Counted from the first letter of the stretch, positions 1 through 13,990 are shown. The stretch is 64,000 bases of DNA from Takakia lepidozioides (GCA_030704615.1 CM060733.1:54250001-54314000); one strand, 5' to 3'. A program made the numbers and translations. Notes: generated by a model not told the origin, from the letters alone.

Positions 1-19
1 GCAGAGAAAGGGGAGAAGA

Positions 20-105
20 GTGTACCACACCCATCAAGTAGCAGGATTTGACCCCAGGGTCATCCGGGTGGCACTCAGTGCACTTTACCAACTGAGCTAC
101 TAACT
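20..105 (-). mobile_element. tRNA-derived SINE head or tRNA pseudogene
   Basis: Minus strand reads GTAGCTCAGTTGGTAAAG (A box) ... GGGGTCAAATCC (degenerate B box); no clean cloverleaf. Confidence 0.55.
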
Positions 106-303
106 GTTGGTTTAACATTAAAACAGGTCCTTCAAATGTAAGATAACATTTAGAGAGAGGGCAGAAGAGCTGAAGGTGTCATCGTGCTTAACCTACTATT
201 CTTTGTTCCCATAAACATTCGCAGTACCCTACCAGGAGGTTCAGGAGGTTCTCGAGTTCCCTGGAGGCCCCCAAACCCTAACATGCGACGTTCTCCTGGC
301 CAT

Positions 304-578
304 TTCAATATTGAAATGCCCATCTCAATAGTTCAAATGGCCTCTCATTTTTGAATAATTGGGAGTTTATGTCGCGCGTATGGGACATGGCGCGCACGGC
401 CGCACGGACACGGGGTCGCCCTCCCCCCCCCCCCCACCCCCACCTGCCAGCCGCGCAGCGTGGTCGGCAGCCCCGCAGCCCTGCCCGCACGCCGCCCAGC
501 CCGCCCGCCCTCGCCGCTGGGTCCGCCCGCCATCGGGTCCCCAGTGGGTCTGCCCAAGCTCGGTCTGCCCGCTAGTGG
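304..578 (+). repeat. Left terminal inverted repeat
   Basis: Inverted homology to 59154-59419; AT-rich palindromic tip followed by a GC-rich body. Confidence 0.9.
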
Positions 579-834
579 GTCTGCTGGGTCTGCCGCCAAG
601 TAGCCCGACGGCGGCAGACCCAAAAGCACCCCGGATGACGTGGCGCCCATCTCACTGTGATGCCGCACTGCTATGTGTGCATCGTAGCTTGCGATGCTAC
701 ATTTGGAACTAACCATCACAAGGTCTACCGTGGACCCTCTCCACAGGCTTCTGCTAGCATGATAGCATACTACAATGGTCTCCCACTCTTGTGGTGCATT
801 GCTTATTCGTCCTCAATCCCGATAGACCTAACTA

Positions 835-1045
835 TTGTAGACCCTGTCCCAGTACACCCTGTTCCAATAGACCTTCCACTGCACTCTGTTTTAGGGCAAA
901 CCCTTTTGCGTGTTCACCCTGTTACAGTAGACCCTGTGCATGTTCACCCAGTTGCAGTACACCCTGTGCGTGTTCACCCAGTTGCAGTAGACCCTGTGCG
1001 TTTTCACCCTGTTGCAGTAGACCCTGTGCTAGTACACCCTGTTAA
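835..1045 (+). repeat. 15/30-bp tandem repeat in transposase intron
   Basis: Repeated GTTGCAGTAGACCCTGTGCGTGTTCACCC units. Confidence 0.85.
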
Positions 1046-1294
1046 AATAGGGCCTGTCGGTACGACACTGGTCTGCTAATTACGAATTGTCATTTCATGC
1101 AGTTCCCCTTGTACACGTTGATGGTGTTCGACCAATGGTTGAACGGAATTCCAGTTGCATACATATTGTCAGCACGCAAGCGAACATCAGACCTTTTCCC
1201 GTGGATGTTAGCATTGCGTGATGCCCTCCTTAAGGAAAAACCCACCTGGCGGCCAAATGCCTTCATTGTTGACGTGAAGCAGAAATCAATGCAA

Positions 1295-1555
1295 CCCGGT
1301 ATGCCACATCTCAATCTGCCCTATGGTATGCTCTATGGTCCACTACACGGTCTGCTATATGGTCTGCCTTGTCTGGTCTCACGCTTGTGGCAGTACTAAA
1401 TCCGGTATGCCACATCTCATTCTGCCCTATGGTCTGCCCTGTGGTCTGCCATATGGTCTCAATCTGCCCTATGGTCTTATGGTCCGCTCCAGGGTCTGCT
1501 ATATAGTTTGCCCTATTTGGTCTGCCCTGTTTGGTCTCATGCTTGTGGCGGTGCT
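1295..1555 (+). repeat. GGTCTGC/CCCTATGGT-rich degenerate tandem repeat in transposase intron
   Basis: Two copies of CCGGTATGCCACATCTCA.. plus many ATGGTCTGCC subunits. Confidence 0.8.
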
Positions 1556-2599
1556 GAATACGAATGCCCGGTCCAGGCACTTTTGACTTTGTGGCCGCAT
1601 GCAGGTCTGTTTTCACAGGAGTATGCATTTTCCTCTGCCTTTGGCATATACGGAAGGCCTGGGTCAAGCAATCATGCCAGAAAATCAGTGATCCGGGAAC
1701 AGCCTCGAAATTGTTGGCAAATATGGGCGACCTTATATATTGCAGAGGTGGACCGCAGAAAGAAGACGAAGCTGTGAAATGGGTTAAGAAAAAATTGAAG
1801 GCAATGAAAAAGAAATATCCTGCTGGTCAGTTGTTCCTCCACTACATTCATGCGTACTGGGTTCCCAAAATCGCTATGTGGTGTACTGCTACCCGCAAGA
1901 TTCCACATGCAAGCCAAGATACTAATGCAAGCATTGAGGCATACCACGGAAACTTAAAGGCGAGACTTAATATGGGCAAAGGCAAAATGTCGGGTCGAAG
2001 AGCCGACTGGCTCATATGGGAGTTGACTGGGCGTGTACTTATCCACTACTGGTACGGCATTCATCTAAAGACGCATGGGTTTATTCCAGTGTTGGCTGGG
2101 TACCATGTTTTGAGCCCTCTCCCGGTCCCGGTTATGGCGTACTCTTTGAAAAAAATGGATGAGGTGGACGGAGGGAATGTCTGCATGTGATGTAAGATGG
2201 GTGCCCGCTGATCTGAAAAGGTCTGCTCATGGAAGGTGTTGTGGAAGTTGTTATCTGGAAAGGTCCCAAGGTCTCCCCGGTAATTTTGGGTTAGATGTGC
2301 AATGCCTCCACGAAAGTCTGTTTTGGCAAGGACAAGTTTTTGTCACCCAAATGAGCCTCGGACTTAGGGTGTCCCACCACATTGTCTGGCTGGGGAGTAC
2401 TGGCAATCCAGTCGGGGGTTTGCTGTTCCTTGTTCTCCATAATCAAGGTCTGCTGGTTCGCATGTCGGTACTTGGGATTTTGCTGGGAAGGGTCTGCTCG
2501 CTCCACGGTTTGCTCGCTGCGGTCCTCCTGGGTCTCCATGGGAGTTGGCTTCTATGTAGATGAAGGGCCTATTGTTGTATGAACTCCAATGAGCCTGCA

Positions 2600-3600
2600 T
2601 TTAACGGGTGACTCAACACTAGTATGGCCACTGAGGGCTCTTAGAAGTTGCCTTGCGCCATTGGCGTATTGGTCAAGAGCATTCCGAACAAGCTCGTCCT
2701 CCGGGTCATACTCTGCAACATGTCACAAACATGACAGAAACAAAGCACTCATCCCTGGTCTGCTAACAAACGGAAGAATACATGGGGGTTTGTTCTTGAC
2801 GTGGTCTGCTTCAGAACGTCTGTTGGTTGTCATGGTTTACATGCTCTGGGATAAAGTCTGCGTTCATGGTCACCGACAAGGTCTGTTAACAATGTCTGTT
2901 AGGTCTGATGACATACCATGATCTAGGACTGTGGTCCACATCCCAATATCTTTCATGAGCCGATCCATGAAGGCCTCGTCAAGCTCTCCCAGAGCTGCAA
3001 CACGGTCTTCTGCTGGAAACCCGCTCCAGAGCACTTGGAAAGCATGTCGTTTGTTGAATGCAGTGTCCAAAATCGCACGCTCCTACACAATCACAAACCA
3101 CATCATGGCATCTTGCGTGATACTTTCCCGAGCCTCTTCACTTCCGTACAGCAGGTCCATCCACAGGTTGTGAAGGTCTTTTTTTAATTTGGTGTAGGAC
3201 CTGAAATTGCCAAATTGCATCCATTGACGGCGGGAGAAACAATCTGCCATCTCTTGAAAAACACTATCTGTCAAGCTCGCTAAGTGCTTCGGACGAACAC
3301 CAAATATTGGGTAGGCGATGGCCTTATCTCCAGTGGGCGTGGGTTGTGCATGAGAAAGAGTTGCGCGATAAGCGGTGGCTCGGTCTCCTCTGCCAAAAGC
3401 GCCACTCCATACTCACGGGCTTTGTCCAAAACACGAGTGGCCTTCTCCGCCGTGAACTCCATTGAGGAGTGCTGCGAGCAAAGGTCCACCGGGAGGCGAC
3501 AATGCGGTGAAGCTCATTGTACCAGTCCAGATGCCGATTGTTTTCCCCACAACGAAACTTCATAAGAGTGGGGTCATTCTCATCAGTTACAGACCGCTGT
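2600..3600 (-). pseudogene. Fragmented ORF of unknown function (TE accessory gene)
   Basis: Consecutive minus-strand ORFs 3324-3563, 3280-3489, 3083-3274 and 2870-3070 with protein-like composition, broken by stops and frameshifts. Confidence 0.4.
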
Positions 3601-5029
3601 GGAGGTCGCCATGGTTAAGGTGGCCATTTTGGTCCACATCATAGGTATGGATTTGAAGTGGCAAAATCATTTGTCAGTTGACTCATATGGACTAATATAT
3701 TTAAAACAAATAGGCATTTTTTGAAAAGTCCATAGCTCATCTTGCTTTTTGGATTTTGGGTGTCATTTGTTTTTTTAGAAGTATAAAAACCTATAATCTT
3801 CAATGGCTAGATGGCATATTGAATTTTTTTTGTAAACTCTAATTTTTAGTTTTTCATAATTTCTCGAAATAATAGACTAAAATGTTTAATGAATTATATC
3901 TTTAATGGGGTAGAAATCTTTACTAAATATGTTCAGTATACCATTATCTATCGCTAAAAAAATATTTTGGATAGTATCATCAACTTTTTGTTTTTTGGTC
4001 ATGGACTTTCATGGAGCAGGATCTGCCGTTTTTGGTCCACTCAACCCTACAACTGCCCAGTAGACCAGTAGACCATACATCAGTAGGCCATATCAGTAGA
4101 CCAATAGAGCATAGTAGTAGACCATAGCTGTGGACCCATACAGCAGACCACAGCCACGACAGTAGTGCCCCTTTCAAAGCAACTGCAGTACCATGTTGCG
4201 AAACCCCGAACACAATGTGAAGTCTGTGCCAACCTTCTTTGTCCGGAAACAGATCCCCTGACTCAACTTGAAATGGACTTGTCTTGCAGTCAGGTATTCC
4301 CTGACTTTGGTGGACTGCCTCCCCTTATGGGGTCTTTCACTTCATCACATAACTTTGTGTGTCATCCCCCCATTTCTGTCCGAAAGCCCACTGATGAGGG
4401 TGTAATTGTGCCTGCAGTAACCAATGTCGGGTCGTCCAGAACCCCTCATGGTGAACTGCTTGAACACTATGATACGCAACATTGGCACATTATGGCCTTG
4501 CCCTCCCCCCTTCGTCGTTTCAAGATGATTTTTGATGGTCTAAATACTCCAAACAGCACAAATGCCACGGCACGATTTGATGGTGATGTGCATGGGAGTG
4601 TGCACAAAGTACCTAAACGCTCTCGCTCTGTTACCTTTGCCAATCCCATTGCCACCCATACCACTCCACCTGCCAGCGCAGACATTCCTCCGCTATGTCA
4701 ACTTCCATCCACCGATAATCAAGTAGTTGTAGCCCGTGGGAAAAAAAAAACATTGTCCAGGTATGCATTTGCATTCGTTGCACATGCACATGTTTCTTTG
4801 GCCCATACAATGTAACTGTCATGCAGATTGTGTTGTTGTCATAATGCGCCGTGTTCGTGGACATGCGCAGAATTCATGAGGCGATGGAAAACGTGATGTG
4901 AGTTCAACGCCCGTGCACCCTTCTTTATCGTAAATCTTATGGTATACCTTCAATCCTGTTTGAAACTGTAGTGTATGCTTACATTGTCCATGCAGACATG
5001 CTCTGTGGGGTCTGTTCAGGATTTGTTGT

Positions 5030-5750
5030 GGTGCAGTGGTGAGCAAGACTACGGACGTCTGGTTCTTCCAAGATTCGTTGTCCCCTCAGATCCCTCTTAG
5101 ACTAGAAGATGCAAATGATCTGGTGGATGAAAAGGGTTGGATAAGTGACCGTGTGATGGACTTTTGGGTGTGTTGCAAAAAATTGTCCCTTCCACATAAT
5201 GTGTACAGGATGTGTCTTTGCAACCATTGCAAGAAATTTGGAAACAGAGTCAGCTCCATACAGGCTTGGGTGGACACAAGGTTCCCTACCCTTGACTATA
5301 TTGGTGTCGAAGTGCTCGTTGTCCCTGTTACATTTAAGTGAGTTTTCTCCATTCGACCTGCCTCTGTTCCTATCACTTTCGTGCATATGGGTTCTTTTTC
5401 ATGCACATCTTGATGAAGACTAAGCTGAAGGTGTGAATGTTTTGTGTAGCAACCACTGGAGTGTTCTTATTTTGGAACACGAGCACTACCTTCACTTCAA
5501 TAGCATTAAAAGCCTGCATAAACACAAGATGTTGAAGCCTTTGTTTGCAAGAGTGTGGGCTGTACTGCGAGGATTATACCCTCCAAACCCAAAGTGGACA
5601 GAGGCCATACACCCAAAGCGGTGGGTGACCCCCCATGTGCCCCAGCAAGTCTCCAACTGGGAGTGTGGCATGTTTACTGCTCATTACATGGATGTGTACT
5701 TGGAGGAAACATTTGTCAACCCAAAACCACGTGGCACAGGCCCGGTAAGC
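5030..5750 (+). pseudogene. Ulp1/SENP-like (C48) cysteine protease of TE type
   Basis: GWISDRVMDFW, VLVVPV, NHWSVLIL (His), HFNSI (Asp position reads Asn), VPQQVSNWECGMF (Gln, Cys); intron ~5339-5449. Confidence 0.85.
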
Positions 5751-6294
5751 ACACTCTTCCAATACTGTAATACGGATGCTTTGCTTGCTGAAGTGCTCAT
5801 GGCCATTGCTTGCTGAAGTGCTCATACTATAGTTTTGCGGTGGAGTTTCTCAGTGTGGGAACTTGTTTGCAGCTGAACTTGCAATGGTTCCCCGTTGAGG
5901 CTGCTTTGAAAAAGTGAGGGAACATTCGCAATTTGGTTATGGCAGAATTGGAGGGTGGAGGAGGACATGGCCTCCCATTCGCACGACCACCATATGTTAG
6001 ACTTCCTAAAGACCCTGTGCAACCTGCTGTCCTTGCTACCCACCTTTCGTAGCCTAGGACCAGAACTCGATACAGTTGTCGAAGCAAACTGAAATGAAAA
6101 GTTTTGTCCTGTCATTGCAATGCTCCATTTCATTCTACATACTATTCTGACATGCCTACAATGATGTGCATCATTGTGAAAATTTCTTCATGTACTTCTT
6201 AACTGAAGCAAACAACACAACATTGTTTTCTTGCATTGCCTTCTCACTCACACAAGTTCACATTGTATGCACCCTGTGAACATGCATATAAGAA

Positions 6295-6759
6295 CTACCC
6301 ATTGACAAGCCAGTCGTACTCATATGCATAGTCCATTGACGGTAAAAACGGATACACGGCTCGATTGTCATCTTCTGTCAGGATATTAAGTATAATGCAT
6401 GCCAAAGTTTTGTGCTCCACCCTCCAACACCTCCAATATGTTGCACAATGGTAGATCAATGTATCGTAAGATCCCCGATGACTGACGTTAGGATTTGTGT
6501 AGTGATACATGCATACAGGGCAGCGTGCATGGGGTCTTATGATGAATTCCCATGCAGCATGGTTCCTCTCAAAAAAAGCAGCCCACCGCCTATGCATGTT
6601 CACCCGATGTGCAAGTGTCTGTGGACCATACCAGTCGAAGGTTCGCGAAACATATTCCAAGACACATGTCTCTCCAACCCCCATGCCTAATGCACATTGC
6701 CTTTCATTCACATAATCCCAAGGATTAAATTCCTCCTCTCCTTCATGTTCAAGTGCCAT
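6295..6759 (-). CDS. Hypothetical 154-aa TE-borne protein with CPVC motif
   Basis: Uninterrupted ATG-to-stop ORF with protein-like composition; no family recognised. Confidence 0.35.
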   Translation of the reverse strand: MALEHEGEEEFNPWDYVNERQCALGMGVGETCVLEYVSRTFDWYGPQTLAHRVNMHRRWAAFFERNHAAWEFIIRPHARCPVCMYHYTNPNVSHRGSYDTLIYHCATYWRCWRVEHKTLACIILNILTEDDNRAVYPFLPSMDYAYEYDWLVNG

Positions 6760-7939
6760 GCAATAAGGGGTTCACTGTATGAATGACCGAGGATAAGAGT
6801 ACGCATCACTATGAGGGACGCCCACTGCCATAAGAACCCAAATGGCACACATGCACCCCAAGTAATCTGAAGCCCCATCATGAGGCAAGGTACTGCTTCT
6901 TCAACCTGAATCTCTCATGGAGTCACCGACGGATGCATCATTCGACATCTCAATGACGATTTGTACATGCTGCCCTTTTACATGTATACGTTGTGTGTCC
7001 TTTCATCCTTCTCATGCACATTCATGCATGACAGATCATGCTGCAAGTTACATGTTGCGGGGAGTTGCGTATGCTCATTCTACAGAGGGGAAGTATTGGA
7101 CTTCCATTGATTTCACATTTCCAAGACTCAGAAGGGCCCAAGAAAACATGAACCCTTACAAAAAAGGTTGCCTCCACCAAGAACACTTCCTCGAAGTATA
7201 GTACAACAGGAAGAGTAAGAAAATGACATTCATGATGAGGAGGAGAGCAAAAACTAGCATCGGTTTTATCGTGGCATCTTGGTGGAAAACGCATTCACCC
7301 GTTTCGGGGATGGGAGTTCTGCCTCTGCGCTTGATTCCTCCGAGTCGTCGGCCTCATCTGCTTGGAACAATCTATCCGCCTCACTATCGAAACTCTTCTC
7401 CGAATCGTCAGACTCCACCACAGGACGTCGGTCGTTGCCTCCCATGGCACTCTCTTGAATCCGAGCACTCCGCCTCTAAAGAGCAAGGTCACGCGGCGGC
7501 CCAACAGGGAGTTGGGAAGGCCCAGCTTCTGCCTCACTCTACACAACACCTTCCGCAACGTCAGTCCCACACAACCTGCACGCTCCTCCTTAGAAAACAA
7601 GGTACTTGCAGCCTTTGGCCCTTCGCTACAAGGCGGGGAATGTTTAAAAAAAAAACTAGGGCAACGCTGCTCCCCTCCACTAATACTTTGCCACATGTTA
7701 GTTTTATCCTAGTCATAGTGAAACTTTCAACTTCAATTTTACTGTAGATTCTACTTCGTACTTGCAGCTGAAGAGGCCCTGGCAGGACTGACGCCCCATG
7801 AACGAAGACTCTTAAAAAACACAAAAGCAAGAGGAGAAAGCATAAAGATTTGACCTTCTTACATTGAAGAAAAAGACTACCTGCATAAAGGAAGGCGAAA
7901 GCGAAAGAATGTAATAAGGGTTTAAGGTGAAAGAGATAC

Positions 7940-8140
7940 TCCTGATCTATGTCCTCGATAAGACCGAGCTCCTTCATGCGCTCTGCGTTTCGGATAAGAT
8001 TCCGCTTCCGCATGCGTTCATACTCAGTCAGGCCCTCCTCCTCATGCGCGAGTGACGGGCCACCTTCCCCAACTGCATTGGAGTGTTTGTCCATTCTGCT
8101 ACTGCTAATGAACTTTGCTGTGGTGGAGGGAGGCTTCATG
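7940..8140 (-). pseudogene. Exon fragment with LTEYERMRKRNLIRNAERMKELGL motif
   Basis: The motif EYE.+R..N+.RN...M..LGL is common in plant TE-associated and chromatin proteins; followed by a GT donor (GAG|GTAT). Confidence 0.45.
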
Positions 8141-10624
8141 TCAGTCAACGATAATGGCGGGGCGGATTGCCTAAGAAACCAGGTGAAGTGCTTGTTGCAA
8201 GCAGCGACCAAGCTCTCCAATAGCATTCGTCGTAAAGAGAAAAACACGAATGGGCGGGAAAGACGTAGGGCCGATACACATAGGCATTTCAGGACCTGGC
8301 AACCTACGAAGGTGGACGAGTCAGGTAGGTTTTCGTGGGTCTTAGCGGAGGTTTCCCGAAGTTTCCAGAGCAAGTAGCATTACTCCCTCCTTGTCTTCCT
8401 CCTGTTCTGCCCTCACAATTGATTGAGCTGGGACATTTGTTTCCAATTGGAGTGTCACATTACTACAGAGTTTGCCGATTTGGGCAGCGGTTCATAAGAA
8501 AAATACAGAGGTATGAAGGTTATGATAAAATCATCATAGTGGCTCAGCTCCGTTTAGCTTGAAGACAAGTTCAAATGTATCTCCATTATTTGTAGGTGTG
8601 CAAAATTTATTTGCCTTCTTGTGTGTGGCTTTATGAGAGCAGTTGTTTTGTTGTCTTACAAGTGTGGTATTGTGTTGTTCATGGTGGGCTCATACAGTCA
8701 AGTGGTGTTGCCTTGTATTGTGTTGTTCATGGTGGGCTCATATACTCAAGTGGGTGTGCCTGGGATGCCATGGGCGACAAGAACGATGATTGCTACATAG
8801 TCAATGCTGCTATCTATGTGGGTTACTCGTTTTTGGCATCATCGTAGTGACAATTGCATGGTGAGTTTTGTCTTCCCTGAGGCTGCCCAACCTTTCTTCT
8901 TCTTCCCTATTTATCTCTTCTCTATCACCCTTGGTCTCTTGATTGTGAACTGTAGCTACAGTGCTGACTGAGTATTTATGTTACTGCAACGATTTGGATT
9001 AAACTCAATCACTTAACAGTGGTTTTCTGGATTAAGAATTTGTGGTATCAGGCAGGGGCTTGATGGGTTTGTTTTTTCAAACATGGCAGAATGTTGATAA
9101 GGACCTGACAACACCTTAAGGAAAATTCAGACAGACTTGCTTACTGGTATTTGTTTTCCGTTGCTTGCTACTATGGCAGTGTATTCATAAGGCTATGGAG
9201 TAATAATCTTTTACCTGGTTCAAGCTATTGAAATTCCTAACAGATATTTCTTTGACCTGGTATAAGGTTCGTAATTGGTAAGCTTGTTTCTTCAAACATA
9301 GTAGAGACGTGTTGATAGGGATCTGGGACAACATTTTACCGCATGGTTTTGCCTGTTGGAAAATCAAATAGCTCTGTTTTTGTTTTGTTTCATCTAAAGT
9401 GGTTGTAAGCAGGTTCTGGAACAATACTTCCAGACCCACATTATGCTCCATGGAATGAGAATCATGTCTGAATGTGTGGATGAAATCTCTTTACAGCAAA
9501 ACAAGGTTATTTCATGATGAATGCCTTACTTTTCCCACCCTCCCACCCAAACATTTCAGGTACCCTGAAATCTACAACGAAGAATCAAATCAGGTGTTGT
9601 GAAGGGAAGAAGATGTTAAATAGAACCTTTGTAAGGTTGCTTTGTCTTTTAATGACAATGACTTTGTAAAGTCTTGTCTTGACATGACAATGAGTAGGTT
9701 ATTGTCTTTGGTCCATGACGTTTATTTCAGCAGTTGGGGATGGAGAGAGGGGTGCTCTCGAGAATCATGCATACTTGATGCTGCTCATATTGCAGTAAAT
9801 CCATTGAGGTTGTTATATGCTGGCCCAGCCAAAAGTTTATACCCAGTGCATCTGTTCGTTTGTGTTCATTGTAAGTTGCTCATCAAGCACGGGTGTTCGT
9901 GGTGTTGGTGCTTTTGCAGGGCTGGGGTTTGTGACATCATTTGTGTTTATCTTCTTGGTGGGAGTGTTTGTGTCATCATGGATCAAAGCCCCAGTGCTAC
10001 TTGTTGGGGAGTGGTTTATTAAGCGGATATCACTGGTGAAACACATATACTTTGCCTCTAAGCAGATCAGTGCTACCATTTCCCCAGGTGATTATCCTCA
10101 ACAATCCATGTTTTTATTACTGAAACCTTTTCCTTCTCTAGTGTTTGGCCTTTACCACCTTCCTGCTCGGAACAATTGCTATGAGATAGCTGGCAGGGAA
10201 AGCTGATAATGTCAGCTGATAGCTGATAGCAGTGACCTGATAACTGATAGTTTGCGCCTTGGGTGGGTTGTCAGGTGGAGTAGGTAGCAGCAGTGGCTGA
10301 CGCTCTCACAAGCGGCCAGTGCTTCTTTGACATAGGTGACCCTGCTTCATCCTCTTGTCACATTGCTCCTTACATTTGAATGTATAATTATGATGTAGCA
10401 GATATGAGTACATATGAGCAGATTCTCATATGTTGCAGTTTGCTACGACTGATGTGTTGCCATGAAACATCTATGGCACGGGGGGTTTTATACATTAGCT
10501 GTCAGGTTGCTGCTGCATTAACCAAAGGGATGTCAGTTCACAACCCTAATTATTTCACCTATAAACTGGGCCTCGGCTTTATTGTAACGTATGGTGGTGG
10601 ATGATGTCATGGTAGGCCCAAATT

Positions 10625-13600
10625 ATGGCAGGACAAGCACCAAGGAGGGAAAGCATTTCTGACCCTAGGAGGATACGCAAGCGAGATGAAAAGTTGTGGC
10701 AACGAAAGGAGCGTCATGCCAATGCGTTGGGACGCAGAAAGGTTCGTTGTCCGTGCAGAGTTTGCCATAGGGGGGTTAAAGAGATTGAGGTGGGTGGTCC
10801 AAAGACACCTTGCAGTTGAAGGTAGGGACCCCAGACTAAGGGTAAAGCACCCAAGTGATGAAGGGGGGACTCTTCAGATGAAGACTGGAATGCTGCCTAC
10901 TTTGGGCAGCATTGCAACACCCCACAACTGGATAATGACATGCAAATGGATGGGATGAGGATGTTGAGTGAGGCATTCCGCCGCAGAGACGAGGCTGCCG
11001 AACTTGCTCGATCTAACATGAGACTGGAAGGTAGGCCAGCGCCTGAAGGAGCCATAGAGGGGGGGGGGGAGGGGAAGGAAGTCAGGATGGGGTACCAATT
11101 CATGATGGTCGACAAGGTGACTCTTCCTCAGAGGAGGATTCAGATGGGTGGCAAGAGGACGATGCCCCCAACATTGACCCTAACTATCTTAAGTTCCAGG
11201 ATGCGCTAAAGACACCATTGTATGTCGGGAGCACCATAGATCGTTTGTCTGCCACCTTGGTTTTGTTGAATGCCTGCCAGACACACCGTGTGTCATCAGC
11301 ACCTCAACCATGATACAAAAGCTCGGGCTTAGTTACAATGTGATTCATGCATGTCCAAAGGGATGTGTCATTTTCCGTGGTGTACACCGTGACAGGACAC
11401 ATTGCCCCAAGTGCAACGAGCCCCGGTTTGTGGACGTGGGTAGGAAGGCTCTCCCTGTGAAGGTATTGCGTCACTTCCCCTTAATACCAAGACTGAAGAG
11501 GATGTACAGTTCTAGAACCATCGCTGAACTGATGACATGGCATTCAAGGAATGCAAGCACTGATGGACTTGTACGCCATGCAGTTGACAGTAAGCAATGG
11601 AAATCCATTGACAACCTATTTCCAGACTTTGCAAGCGAGACACGGAATGTTCGGTTGGGCCTGACATTGGATGGATTGAATCCCTTCTCTGACAAGAGGT
11701 CAACTTGGTCTACATGGCCGGTGGTACTTCTAAACTATAACATACCCCCCTGGCTTACAGTCAAGAAATTCTTCATGATGCTATCACTCATAATTCCTGG
11801 CCCTAACAGTGTTGTGAATGAGAACATTGACGTATACCTGCAACCTTTACTTGAGGAGTTGTTGGAATTGTGGGAAGGGGTGCCTTGTGTGGATGCAACT
11901 ATGGCGGGGCTCGGTAACATGCATTTCCGGATGAGGGCAGTACTAATGTGGACAATCCAAGATTTTCCAGCATATGGGCTGATTTCCGGATGTTCAACGA
12001 AGGGCTACAAAGCCTGCCCCCCTTGTGGGCCTGATCTGGACTCAAGGCACTCTGGGCACTTGAAAAAGCACGTTTACCTTGGCCACCGGCGGTACACTAA
12101 GCGCCATCATCCCTACAGAAGGGCTGCAACTGCCTTTGATGGCACTATAGAGAGGCGCGACCCCCCTCCTTCTGTAACTCTAGCTGAAATCTTGGAGAGA
12201 GCCCTTGAGAGACAGAATTATATGGAGAACACAGGTCGGAGCTACAACGATAAGTGTTGCCCTGCCAAGCACCATGGTGTGAAGAGGAGATCTTGTTTGT
12301 GGGACCTCCTATACTGGAAGGTGAGCAATGAACCAGCCTTGCCTCCCACGTCATGCAAGCTGATTACATTATGGTGGATGGGATTTTTGGTGTTGTGTGT
12401 TGTGTCTTCATTTATTAGAGTTCTCACATTAGGTTGATCTTTGTGCTTCTTCTCAACGAAGGACTTGCCTATTCGTCATACACTAGACGTTATGCACTGT
12501 GAGAAAAACCTCATAGAAAACGTCATGAAGACAATTTTTGGAGAGAAAGACACCTTAGGGGTGCGGAAAGACATGGAGGCAATGCAGATCCGACAACACC
12601 TATGGCCTGTTCAAGAGCCTGGAAGACAGCCTGGGAAAACCAGGGAGGTATTGCCTGATGCCCCCTATGTTTTCAGTTCAGATGAGTTGTCTGCCTTTCT
12701 ACGGGGATTGGGGACATTGAAAGTACCAACAGGCTATGCGGGGGCCTTCAAAAAGCACGTGACTGGAAACAAGTTAGGGTCCATGAAGTCCCATGACTAC
12801 CATGTCATGATGCAACAAATTTTTCCAGTGGTCAGTTGCAATCTACTAAAACCTGGTTTGAGGAAAGCAGTCATGTCTCTTAGCCGTGTGTTCGGAGAGA
12901 TTTATGCAAAGGTCTTGGACCCTTCCCGCATCAACAAGCTGAGGGAAGATGTGGTACTAACCCTGTGCATGTTAGAGAAGGAATTCCCCCCTTCCTTCTT
13001 TGATGTGATGACCCACCTACCGATTCATTTAGTGGACGAGCTAGACATATGTGGGCCTGTGGGGACAAGGTGGTGCTATCCCATGGAACGATACCTAGGT
13101 GACCTCAAGGGGTATGTGCGCAACAAAGCCAGGCCTGAGGGCAGCATGGCGAGGGGTTACATCATAGATGAAGCACTTGGGTTCTGTACTGAATACCTTG
13201 CGCAATACCACCACAGTAGACGTCGTGTGTGGGACCAAGAGGAGGACCCCGGGGTAAGTGGGGAGGTGTTACAAGGTAGTGGGCAGAAAAAGGATATTTC
13301 ACCTTTGTTGAGGGATCTAGCCCACACCTATGTGCTGCAGAACACTGATGTAGTTGCTCCATACAGGTGAGGCTATGAGGTAGAGAAAGAACTCGCCCTT
13401 TTTGAAAGACAGCAGATTCCACCTTTTTTGGAGTGGTTCCAGATAACAGTTGACAATCAGGTGAGGGATGGGGTGGATGTGGAAGAAGATGTGAGGTGGT
13501 TATGTTTGCGACCGTTGTTGACTGTCCAGTCATACAAGGGGATGAAGGCATATGGGAACCATTACAGGAAAACATTCAGGGATGGACGTTCGCATGTAAC

Positions 13601-13990
13601 ATTTGATTATGGAGTAAGTTCAGTTTTTGAGCAAGAAGGCAATGCTACAACTGATTTGAATCCCACCTTGGCATCTATCAAGTATATGGGAGTCATTGAT
13701 GAGATCTTGGAATTTAATTACGGAACCTTATACCCTGTTCTGTTCAAGTGTAAGTGGGTGAAGGCATACATGACAGGTCGCCATGCATCCATGGTCGTGG
13801 ATTCTGATGGATTCTTGCGGGTGGATGTTTCACAAACTCTGCCAGAGACTGAGCAACCATTCATTTACCCCTCGCAAGTGGATCAGGCACGATAACCATC
13901 GGCCTCAATGGAAAGTTGTCTTGCAAAAAGACCCACGAGCTCGGCGGACTGTCATGGTACGTGAAGCAGATGAAGTGGTGCAGAGGGAGT
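10625..13990 (+). pseudogene. CACTA/En-Spm TnpD (Tnp2) transposase
   Basis: RCPCRVC N-terminal motif; IHACPKGC..CPKC; RNVRLGLTLDGLNPF, STWPVVLLNYNIPPW, WTIQDFPAYG (Transposase_21 type); LDVMHCEK, MKSHDYHV, FPPSFFDVMTHL, WCYPMER (DUF4218 type); YMGVIDEILE..VLFKCKW..EQPFIYPSQ (DUF4216 type). Frameshifts and deletions present. Confidence 0.93.

Larger units (their letters stand above)
675..2090 (+). pseudogene. MULE/Mutator DDE transposase, N-terminally truncated and frameshifted, with introns
   Basis: Exon IVACDATFGTNHHK (first D, 693) | intron 723-1102 | FPLYTLMVFD...NAFIVD (second D) | intron ~1299-1604 | IFLCLWH (CxxH) ... QDTNASIEAYH (E). Confidence 0.85.

Noticed and set aside
297-310. 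14-bp target-site duplication (TGGCCATTTCAATA)
   Set aside because: The direct repeat is explained by the palindromic terminal units and overlaps the inverted homology, so it cannot be called a TSD.
305-719. Pro/Gly/Arg-rich ORFs at both TIRs (also 58939-59522)
   Set aside because: By-products of GC-rich TIR sequence.
8560-10300. ORFs 9185-9451, 9642-10022 and 9817-10206
   Set aside because: No recognisable motifs; cannot be supported as genes.
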